A DNA stretch of 64,000 nucleotides, from positions 21,554,199-21,618,198 of the forward strand of contig NC_134025.1 in assembly GCF_964204645.1 (NCBI RefSeq), in the 5' to 3' direction. This stretch comes from Tubulanus polymorphus (Eukaryota > Animalia > Nemertea). Position numbers and translations under genes: made by a program. A model generated the notes under the pieces. That model saw only the letters and a list, made by a program, of their open reading frames with translations, did not search any database and had not been told where the DNA came from. This document shows positions 10,801-22,800 of this stretch, in pieces (position 1 is the stretch's first letter; each line of letters starts with the position of its first letter).

Positions 10801-13800
10801 AGATATAACTATCATTGCTGCCGCCCTGAAACGAGCCCTAGGCCGAAAGTGTCGCGTCATCATGACTTTAAAGCAAGCCTCTTCGAAACGGATCCTTTAA
10901 TACAAAGACGAATTTAATAAATCAAATCATCGGTATCTCGAAGGATATCGGGCAAAGAAAATAACGACTGTTTGCCGAGCGTACTTTCTGTTGTCTTTTA
11001 TGAAATATTCGTCAGCTTTTATGGGCGTTGGAACACCATTCGACATCTGTTGTTTCTCGGCAGGGGCTTCTTCGTTCTCAAAGCGTTCTGCAATAGACAA
11101 AACCTCACTGGTGGTGATACGGTTTTAAAAAGACCTCCCCACGTCTTCGCAACTGTTGAAGCCTATGACCTCCTATTATTTATATACCTGATCTTGTCTA
11201 CATGTTGATTAATACACAATATATATATTCATATCTACATACCGGTAATAATAATAATAATGATAATAATAATAATACAATTCCACCACCGTACAATAAC
11301 CAACAGTCACCCACAACTCAAACATGCTTCGGGAATGCAAGTCTCTCACAAATATATCTAAATATTTTATTTATTTAGATTAATTAAAAATGCGGGTGCT
11401 TATATCGGTAAAATTTCTCTGAGTTTTTTTTTCGTTCGGAAACTAATGAGGTTCTAAATCACTACATACACACGTATTTCATTACTTCACTAAAATCGTT
11501 TGTGAGGGTTAGTAGTTATGAAATAAAAACGAAAACCAAACCAAAACGCAGACGAAACTCAATGAAGACAAAATCATGCAGCAGCCAACATTGTTTTTAT
11601 GAAAGTGGGTGAGTTGAATAGAAACTTTGCAGGGTGATTTTGACAATATTCATTACAATTTCTTTCGTCATATTATTACGTATCACCTACAGGGTCTGTT
11701 GTTTGTGAAAATCCGGGATGTCATTATCAAGTCTGACACATTACTGTAATCTAATGTATTAGATTTCATTGTTAGCTAACGACATCAGACGCCAATAAAT
11801 CATTTTACGGTTGCTAGCTATTTGGCGATTTATGGATACGTCGGTTAACATAACGAGTCGTCAAAAACTTTCACGATCTGAGAAATAGTTCATCTACCTC
11901 CCGAAGGTAGAAAGATATCAGAATTGATTGCATACGAACACTGTTCGCGGACTGATAGAATATTTAAAGAAAAAACAATTCGATTTGCGTCGACAAGAAT
12001 CTCGAATGTTTGCTCTCCACTCACGACCATCGCGATGGCCATACGTGCAAAGATAATGCCTAACTATACCATCACCGCCTCCGACACCTTATGAGATAAT
12101 TATTTGATCGAACCTGGCAAATCTGGCTTTTTTGTAGGCTCTTCGACTGTGGCAAAAGAAACACGTTCAGTACACGCTTATTAAGTACGTTTTAAAAATA
12201 AGTTCAGTATATTTCCTAGTTTATCGAGACTCGTCCGATCCGTACAGAGTTACAGCTTTCAGCCGCCGAACGAGTCATAGTTCATTAGAATTTTATGTTA
12301 TACGAAAATGAAATCAATCAATAGTTCAAATTTTAATCTTTGTGCCTGAGACCTCTCGTAGGCTATAAGTATATGTTATACGTTATACGACATCAGAGTT
12401 GATCATATTTCTAATTTCGTAATGCTAAATTTAGCGCACAATCGTACCTGTTATTTTCGGGGGGATCTCTGATTTTTTCTCGTCTGAACGGGCAAACAAT
12501 AAAACAATAAAAGAGGATCTCGATAAGTTCTAATGAAATCAACGAAATCGTGCTATTCTTTTTTAACACGTGAAAAATTGCATTATTAGTCTCACACCTT
12601 CAATCACCCGCCTTTCAATTAAGTACTCATTTCTGTAATACGTTACGTACCTGGTTGGTGTATTGTACCATTTGTTTCACCTAAACACACAAAAACAAAC
12701 CAAGAAGCTGAACTCATATGAACGAAATAATTGAGTTTTGAAAAAGACATAAAAATGAATCAAGCATAAAAGTTCACGTAATCTACTCGGTGTGTAAATA
12801 ACAAAATGATGATACATTGAGATTTTACGGCCGCGTTAAGAAGATAGTGTTAGATAAATGTAGATAGATATACGGGTGATTTTAATGAACTTTTCGACCT
12901 TGATCTCTTCAAAAAGCTCGTACAAGCATTCGTTGCAGTTATAACATTCATACGCGCCAACATCCTACCTCGGCAGGGATTCGAACCTGATTGCATCGCT
13001 AGACTCAGCCACGACACGAAACCCTGCCACGCTAGACTAGGTGCGCAGGTACATGCGCACGTTTGCCGCGCGGAAACTTGTGTTACCGCTGAGGCAAATT
13101 TCACGGATAGAATATAGATGTATGGTGGCTGATTCGGGCCATACTAAAAAGTTTTTCTGTACGGCTAAAGCAACGATAAAAAAATTATCACATTGGCCCG
13201 TTTGTTGGTTTTCTCGCGCGAGAATTCAAAATTTTTTGAATTCTCGCGCGAGAAAACCAAACTTTTTGAATTCTCTCACGAGAAAACAAAAAGTATTGAA
13301 TTCTCGCGCGAGAAAACCAAAATGTTTTGAATTCTCGCGCGAGAAAACCAAACAGCGGGCCAATGTGAAAATTTTTTATCGTTGCTTTAGCCGTACAGAA
13401 CAACTTTTTAGTATGGCCCGAATCAGCCACCATAATAAATGGAAAACCCGGGTTAAAGCAGGATTTCTGATTGGTTAATAATGAAATCATCTAAGCTGCG
13501 CGTGTACCAGTGCGCCCGAGCTAGTGTGGCAGGGTTTTGCGCCGTAGCGGTCTCGATGCTATCACGTTCAAATCCCTGTTGGGGGAGGATGACGCACCAA
13601 TACCAGAGCATCAAAATCGCTGAATTCAGCCGATGAAAATGCCACCCAGTATTGATTGATACGACTAAGAAAACAATTGATAATGAGAAAGACACTTTCG
13701 ATGAACATGCTGTTAAAATGTATCAAAACATGCTCCGCTGGAAACAAATACGTCAGGCTCAAGTTTGAAAAGAAGTTGAAAATTATACAAGTCGAATTTA

Positions 13801-16800
13801 TTTCAAAAGAAAAGAATGAAAAACCTCGTCTTCATACAGGAAAAAATTGTGAGAAAGACTATAGTACCGTAATTTCCGTAATACTTCCTGTCACCAACAG
13901 GCGGCAGTATGCTCGTTTCGGTGCCTGCGTCGGCGTCCTTTTCCAGATTGAATTTCTCGTTGAAAAATTTCTGCAGTGTTACGTTGTACCTGTAGAATTG
14001 CGAAAATACACGCATTCAGTATGCGACGCAGAGCTCGATAAGATATTGGCATCCTCACGCGTCCCATATTTTTTCTCCACGAGGCGTGTTGGATGGTCTC
14101 TATACAGGGGCGGATCTAGTGAAAGTGGAAGGCCGGGGTCCAGAAGAAAGGACTGAGGCATTTTTCAGATGAAGGACGGCGTCATAGGCTGTAAGCGGAG
14201 TCCTGTTAGATTTTTATTGAAGAAATAAATCCGAAAATATGCAATTTCTGAAAGGATGTGCGTCAAATTCACAGGTTTTATTGATCTTTAACTTGGCAGC
14301 CTCAATGGGAAGGCAGGGGTACGGACCCTCGAGGCCACAACCTAAATTCACGCAGCTTCTCGACAATGATAAGCGTTCCTATTTAAAATTCGGACTTCTT
14401 TAATTAGATATTGTTGCATCAACTTAATATTTGCCATTAATAAATTGGTTTATTCGTTATTTTCGAAATGAAACATGAGATTTACAAGATCGGTTTTTGT
14501 TCATGCGACAGAACACTGTATAATGAATCAATGTGCCTACCTCATTAGGGCGATGTAACCAGCATATAGGATAAGCATGATTAATGATTCGTACCATGTA
14601 ATCACGGAGTCCATAATGCTCTGAAATTAATAGAGTATTCAATTTCAAATTCACGGAGAACAACGAGGTCTATCGTATATAGATATAGACCTAAACCGGA
14701 GACCCACGCTATTTTAATCAAGAATGTACACATCAGCGGGAGGTTTTGGCTTAATTAAAACCATCCAGGATCGGGTAGGAAATGACATGTCGTCTGGCGA
14801 TCGGCCTTTTCATGCCAGTCACACGTTGAGTTTGCCGTCGGAAATAACAAGCCGTACGGTTGGGTGGACGTTGAGAAAGTTGATAAGGTACACGACGCGC
14901 CGACACCGCGCAAACAATCGTTAAGGGAAATAACTATGCGTCAACGTAGGCTAAATTGAGGCTAAATTAGCAAAACAACACCTTCCATGATACGTAGCCG
15001 TAAGACAAGCGCAGGACAAGATGATGACGGAAGTAATTCGTACAGCACGGAAACCATTGCCTTTTTACGAAGAAGGTCATCCGCCTTCGTGCACGAATTG
15101 GGCTAATATCGCCATGTATTCGCGGGATAAACTAATTGATCCAACTGACTGTACTCCCGTACGTCCGTCTGCATTGCTCCGCCTCTCTGACTGATTTTGA
15201 ACATTGACGTAACTATATATCTAAAGTAATGAATCTAGATAATTGGAAGAGTGTGTCCGCCTCTCTCTCCCTCTCTCTCTCTCTTACCAGTATCAGCGCT
15301 ATAACCGTTATACAGTACGCCCCCGAGTCACGCAACAGCGGCCATTTACATAACGGTACCACCTAAAATAGAGAATGACGGTAAATGAATAATTCAACGC
15401 CCGTTTGACCAATATCTGTAAAAGAACCCAAAAGAAAATCCTATAATTAGGAATCAAGAACCCTTAAATACTTTATTGTATAATATAACTTACGGCTCCG
15501 GCCAGCAGTCCGCATATTCCTATGACAAACAGAATGTTGAACACCGCCGATCCGACGATGGTACCAACACCTACGTCGCCTTTAGCGATGAAAACACCTT
15601 GATGAAAGAAAAAATGGATATGTCTTGATTGACGAGGAACACACCTTGGTAATTCTAGATATCTATTGAAAGCAGAAATATTCGCTGTTGATTTAATGAT
15701 GATCACGCAATGCGTTTGGGCTTGGTAGAAAATCAAGACTTGACTTAATAGTGGATATATACGTTATCTTATTACTGATTGGTTAAGTTACGTATACATG
15801 ACTGATAATCATTTTATCAGAACAGACCAGTTTCTCAGACCTATAACGGCTAAGTGGGTTTACAACTGACTTAACTGTGCGTTATTTGAACAGTTGTCGC
15901 CCTTGGTATATTTGATCGGAGAAGTCTTGGTATTTGTGCATCAAATTTGAATTATGAACGAACACTGCAAATGAAATCTCGATGCTTGCCCACGTTTTCA
16001 GCCTCGGTGCAAGGAACGCACAATAGAATTCGAGCTTGAAGGTAGAATATTGTCGCCAAGATGTCGGTTCAGAAGATAACCCATCAGGCCCCATTATTTC
16101 AGTGAACTTATTCATTTCGCGATACCGTACAGGTATATTCGCGCTAGATTAGTATTGATACCTATTTCACGCATTCATCCAATCAAACTGTCATTTTTCA
16201 TATGAAAGTAAGGCGGACATGATTACATCGAACAGTGAGCGTTCACCTGTCGTGAGCTTTGCCATCACAAGCGCGGCGCTAACACTTGGCTGCGCGAGGT
16301 CAAAAATTCGCGTGGATTTGCGGATAATGAGACTGAGATCAAAGATGAAATACGACTTCCCCTTGGCATTGCCACGACTGAAAAGGTTCCGTTGTCGCAG
16401 CTTTGAAATTTGGACCGAGTCGTCATTATTGTTTCTTTGTGCGTGCATCGCGTTTGGTCATTCTAACTTACCAATTACTGATGTGAATAGTTCAGGCGCC
16501 GAACTTCCAGCAGCCATGAAAGTCGCCCCCGCGACGTCTTCCCCAATGTGCAATTTCTAGAAGAAATACAGAAAAAGAAACACTAATTCAGTGAAGTAGA
16601 ATGCAGTAACGATTGACTGATCGGTTCTTGTGGCGGCCGTTTTCTTCGGTATTAACTTTGAGGTAAAATAACAGCTACGGAAAAACTACGGTTATCAACG
16701 ATAAATGCCCCTCCCCAAAAAATAATCACGTTGAAAAATTCAATTTATCCAATAATATTTATCCTTTCCCTGCTCCAGGAATTTGGAAAAAATTGTGTCC

Positions 16801-19800
16801 CCAGGATGAATCCGTAATCGTGTTCTACATATCAAGTTTCGCCCGCACGCTTTAACGTATTCATATCAGCCGTTGGCTAAACTTTCCATCATTCGTTACA
16901 ATTCGGAAGATTTCTGATACGTCAAGACAGCTAAATTTAAGATCATTGACACACAGAAGTATCGATCTCCGATACACGCGCACCGTGACAAATCAATGAA
17001 TTTTCGAAACGTTTCTCAACTATTGTAGAACGTCGGTGTGTAGAATGCTATAACGTTGCTGTTCGAGTCGATAGCTGCATTCATTCGTAAGTAGATTACG
17101 TCAAGCGCGGTACAAATCAATCGCCGATTCGATCAGCGCATTTTTCTGTAAATGAGATTTCATTGTCTCAGAACGAGTTTACGAAAAATTCGCTATTAAC
17201 TATACCGCACTATCCGACGATATTTTTGTTGCGGTGTATTTTGTTATTTTTGTTATTCAAAACTACAATAAACCTTCGGACTACACGTAGAAAACGACCA
17301 AAAATATAAAAATGGGCAAAATGGTCATCGACCTCGTAATATTTCCTCGGAAAGTTTCGATGTATCAAATGAGGCAGCCAACAAAATCAACCCCAATCAG
17401 CAACCGAACCGTAACCGAAATTTCCAATAATGTACTCCGATTTAAACGAAAGTTCTGTAAATTCTGAAAATCTACCAAACAAATAAACAACAGGGTCAAT
17501 CCCTATTTTGATGAAAAAAGTGTCGTATCAATTTTTTTATCAACTGTTTTTACTAATTTTAATAGGAATTACCATTTCATAAATGCTACACGCCGAAACT
17601 TGTTTTCATTACGCGTGTAAGATTTGCAATAATTCGATTACTACATTTCCCCATCCAAAAGCCCACGAGATGTTTTTCTCTCTACAAGACTGTTAATTTG
17701 CACTCTTGACGTCTTACTTTGAATTTCATTCAATTTGGCATTTAATCATAAGTCGACTGTTTGATGTGTTAAGGTTTCGTGTTTGGCTGTCTACAGGCGA
17801 ATGCTCGACGCATTCATTCCCATCCGAGTAAGACTAATTAGATTTACTAAACCTTGCAAGTATTGGCTTAGTAAAATCAAGAAGCGAGTGGGAGTGGAAC
17901 CCTTCTGTTTCAGATGCTGCAAACTAAAAATAGAATTCTTTTTCTTCCCTAAAAACTATTGTGGTGCGAGTTTTATAATATTCCATCGGTACTTCAATGG
18001 ATTTTGACACCAATACTGTAGCTGCATGATTCTTTAGTTTTCAGATGCTATTATTATTATTCATCATTATCTATTTATAACTTATTATTTATAATTTATT
18101 ATTTATTATTAATTATTTATCATTTATCATTTATCATTTATCATTTATTATTATTCAACTTATTCAAAATGGCGGCGGTGTTGGAGTCGCCTCTCCGTCA
18201 CTGATATGGTTTTTTGGATTTTTACCTCAATTCTCAGTTAGCCGCAAGTTTAAACATGGATCTAAAAAGACCTCTCACGGTCGTTTGTTATGGTGGAAGG
18301 ATTACGAAAAGTGATATCCTATCAGCCCTGGGATCTAAATCAGTTCGAGTGCGTGCGATTCAAATCACAAAAACTGGTGAGTGTAGAATTACGTTCAAGG
18401 ACACGAGTGCAGTTGAGGATTTCATAAAAAATCCACCGAACATAAGAGACCGCACGTTAAAAGTTGATAAAGCTGACGATGTACAAGATGTTACGAACGT
18501 TACAATTAAAGATGCACCAGTTGAATTATCAGATGCGTTCATTGCCTCCCAATTATCGACATACGGTGAGGTAATAAATGGGAGTATCAGAAGAGGGAAA
18601 ATAAAAGACACCGATATTTTGAATGGCTCTATTTATGCTAAATTGCTTTAAGTGAAAAGTATAATTCCAGTTAATTCAAAATTTGGAAGATTTGAAGTCC
18701 GACTTTACTGCGATAATAATAAAACGCAGTGTGTGTATTGCGGTGAAACGGATCACCAGTATTATCGTTGTCTCTTGCGTACTCGCAAACTCTGTTTTAA
18801 ATGTAAATCTCCAGACCATCTAGCAGCCAATTGTCCATCTGGCGTTTTATGTTTCTACTGCCGTAAGGAAGGGCATAAAAAATCAGAATGTCCGATATTA
18901 CAGGGGTTGGAAAAAAGACTAAATTTTGACGACGACATAACTGATCATCAATCATGTGAGGACAAATCACATTCCACAGTTAAAACTCCTACTCATACTC
19001 AGTCTACCGTCACTGACATGTCACCTGCAGAGAGCCGCACCGCTAGCTCGACAATTGTGCCCCCGAAACATATTATTATGGGTGACTCGAACTGCTCTCG
19101 CCTGATGTTTACAGATATTCCGGAAAGCGTTCACGTGTGCAGCGTTTCGGGTGCAACGGCCCATGATGTAAATAAACTTCTCCAGAAAGTGGACCCGTCT
19201 ATTGAAAATGCGAAAATAAAATCGATAATCTGCCATCTAGGGATCATGACCAAACAATCCTGGATATGTCAAAATGATAAATATCCTTCGAAATACATTT
19301 CCCAGCGCTCAAATTAATGTATCTAGTATACTACCGCGTAAAGGAAAAAGTAAGACCGCGCTAACCTACAATGACACTTCCTCAAAGATCAATAACTATC
19401 TTCGAAAGCTATGTGACAGTGAAAATCATTTGAACTATATAGACAATGATTTGGTATTCCAACCAAATTTTTCAGTTAACCAGTCGTCATTTGATTCAAC
19501 TGATAGGTCAGGAATCCATATTGGAATCGATGGTGCCAAAGAACTTACACAAGTCTTTCTTCGTGCATTAACACCGGATCAGAATAAAAAACGAACCAGA
19601 AGTCAGACATCATCATCCGATATTAGCCCAACTGTTCACATGGCCAAAAAGGACAGAATTTCAGTCCCGGACGATTTACCGATAACATCAGTCTAATAAT
19701 GCTACCTATTAACGAGTATTATCTACCCTATACTTATTCATCATCGACATCTTTAATAATAACAAATGTCAATACTTTGATGTAAACTCTACTGTAGAGT

Positions 19801-22800
19801 TTGAAAAGCAACATTTTTCAATCTGTGCTTTAAACATTCGTAGTTGTAACAGAAATTTTGATACATTTTCATATTTATTGAGCAATTTAAAAACTGACTT
19901 TTCTATTTTCGGGTTAACCGAAACCTGGACTAGCGAACTTCATGATAATGGCAGGCTGTATAATCTCCCAGGTATGAAAAGTGTTTTTAAGTGTAGAAAA
20001 AATTGTCAGGGAGGAGGTTTGGCCCTATTTTTCAAAGAAAGTTTTAATGCGAAACTTAGACCAGATCTATCCCAGGATAGAAATACTTTTGAATGTCTAT
20101 TTATTGAATTGATTCTTGAAAAAGAAAAAAATAAATTAATTGGTCTGATCTATCGACCACCCGGACAAAGCATAAATGGCTTTAATAATGTATTAATTCC
20201 ACTTTTAGTGAAACTTAATAGAGAAGACAAAGTATGCTATCTTATGGGCGATTTCAATATCGATTTACTACAAGTTAACGCCCACAGACCAACTGATAAC
20301 TATTTAGAAAATATGACTTCATTTGGGTTCATTCCATTAGTTGATAAACCTACAAGAATCACTCCCACATCCTCGACGCTTATAGATAATATTTTTTTGT
20401 AACGATATTCGCCATGTGTTTAGTACGGGTATTATTTGTACCGATATTTCGGATCATTTTCCTATTTTTATTGTCTGTAATCACGTTGAGCCCAAAATTG
20501 ACCAAGAGGTGACTTCGAACAGAAACTATTGTGAACGTAACATTTCAAAATTCAATAGAGCTCTTCTGGCCACTGATTGGTCGGATATCTATAGTAATGC
20601 AGACCCGCAACTATCATACAGCGCATTTAACACTAAATTCATGGAATTATATAATGAATGTTTTCCTTTTTCAACTCCCCGTAAAATAAACGAAAATAAA
20701 TTACATAAACCGTGGTTATCATCTGGATTATTGAAATGTATTAAACACAAAAATCGCTTGTACAGAAAATCTTTGCGTAATAGATCACATTTGAAAAATT
20801 ATTTGAATTACAAACGTACCTTGTCTCGTACACTCAAATATGCCGAGAAAAAGTATTATGAGACTAAATTACTTGCAGCCAAATCCGATATGAAAAAATC
20901 ATGGAATATCTTAAACAGTCTAATTGGAAAATCTTCCAATGATCGGAGTAGATTACCTTGCTCTTTCAAAAGGAACGGTATCGTTGTAAACGGCTATGAA
21001 AATATCGCTAATGAATTTAATTCTTTCTTTGTAAATATTGGTAGCAACCTAGCCAATCAAATACCAGATACAGGTGTCCACTTCAGTGAATATCTGACAT
21101 ATCCAGTAAATGAAAACTTTTTCTTTTTCCCGACCCACCCTGATGAAATCAGTCAGATTGTAAATGATATCTCACCCAGCAAAGGCGCTGGTGCTGATGG
21201 TTTCTCTGTAAAAGTAGTTAAGAAAATAATTGATTCTGTAAAATACCTGCTAACTCATATATTTAACTGTAGCTTAAATTCCGGTATAGTGCCGGCTGAA
21301 CTGAAGGTAGCGCGAATACGTCCACTCTATAAAGCTGGCAATAATGACTATTTTGATAATTACAGACCGATATCCGTACTGCCTTGCTTTTCTAAAATTC
21401 TCGAAAGGATAGTGTATAATCGATTAACCGAATATTGTAACAAGTTTCATATCATTCAACCAAACCAGTTCGGCTTTCGAAAGAACCATTCAACTGCCAT
21501 GGCCTTAACATTGATAACTGATGAAATTTCACAAAATTTAGAAGAAAACAAATCAACTATTGGGGTATTCTTAGATTTATCAAAAGCCTTTGACACCGTT
21601 GATCACGAAATCTTATTAAGAAAATTATGTTTTTATGGAATAAGAGGCATCTCTAACAACTGGTTTGAAAACTATTTGAAGAATAGGAAACAATTTGTTC
21701 AAATTCAAAATTATAAATCCTCGTTATGTACCGTTAAAACTGGAGTACCCCAAGGCTCAATTTTAGGTCCCTTGCTTTTTTTATTATATGTAAACGACTG
21801 TATTAAATTTTCTAATGTGTTAAAACTTATATTGTTTGCCGATGACACAAATGCCATAGTGACATTAATTTAGACAGATTAGTACGTACAGTAAACATTG
21901 AATTATCAAAATTGTATACCTGGTTTCAAACAAACAAGCTGTCATTAAATGTAAAGAAGACGTCATTTATGGTGTTCGGTAAACTATTGAAACATAACTT
22001 GAGAATATCAATTAACAACATAGAGATCAAACAAGTCAATGTCACATATTTTCTTGGAGTTTTTATTGACAGAAATCTAACCTGGGACGATCAAATAAAA
22101 TCAGTTGAAAAAAAAGTTTCTCGAAGCATTGGTATAATAGATAGAGTATGATATAAGCTGCCAGTGAGTTCTCTTCGTACCCTTTATTTGTCGCTTATTG
22201 ATCCTTACCTCCAGTATTGTAACTTAGTTTGGGGACGAAATTTTGAAAATAAACTTCAGCCATTAATTGTATTGCAAAAAAGAGCTATCAGGCTAATTTC
22301 TAATTCCTATTATTTGGCGCACACTGACCCTATATTCAAAGCTTTTAATATCCTCAAGCTCAAAGATATTAATAAACTTCAGCTAGGTACTTTTATCTAC
22401 AGATCTGTCCACTCCGAATTACCGGAATCATTCGAAAATTATTGGAACCAAAATTTTCAAATCCACAGTCACAATACTCGGCGACGTCAAGATTTACAAA
22501 CACTTTCTTTCAATAGTCTAAGAAGAAAATTTTCAGTAAAAGTATCCGGCCCTTTACTTTGGAATAACATCAGTGAAAATCTAAAAAACATGGAAAATTC
22601 TAAAGATGATAATGTTCCTAAGAAATTATAGAAAGCAACTTTGTGCTTGATTTTATCATACAGTTATTCGAACTAAAATTATTGTTTTTGGAATATTTCA
22701 GAAAATAACTGGCTTATTAAATGATTATATCTTAATCAAGCTGTTATCATAGTTTACTTTGATTACATTTTGTGTGTTAAGGGTTGACTGTGAGCATATT

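Noticed and set aside
12960-13060. tRNA gene suggested by GGTTCGAATCC (also at 30778 and 37734)
   Set aside because: No complete cloverleaf; divergent copies share a non-tRNA tail, which fits SINEs.
13205-13352. Regularly spaced ~30-bp palindromic repeats resembling a CRISPR array
   Set aside because: Units are adjacent without unique spacers, lie inside MITE TIRs, and there are no cas genes; the DNA is eukaryotic.
13041-13490. Mirror-image ORFs on both strands ([10 protein letters not shown]...)
   Set aside because: Artefact of the palindromic MITE.
18649-22151. Programmed readthrough, selenocysteine or frameshifting in the LINE ORFs
   Set aside because: Several scattered stops and indels are more simply explained by post-insertion decay or sequencing error; no recoding signals seen.
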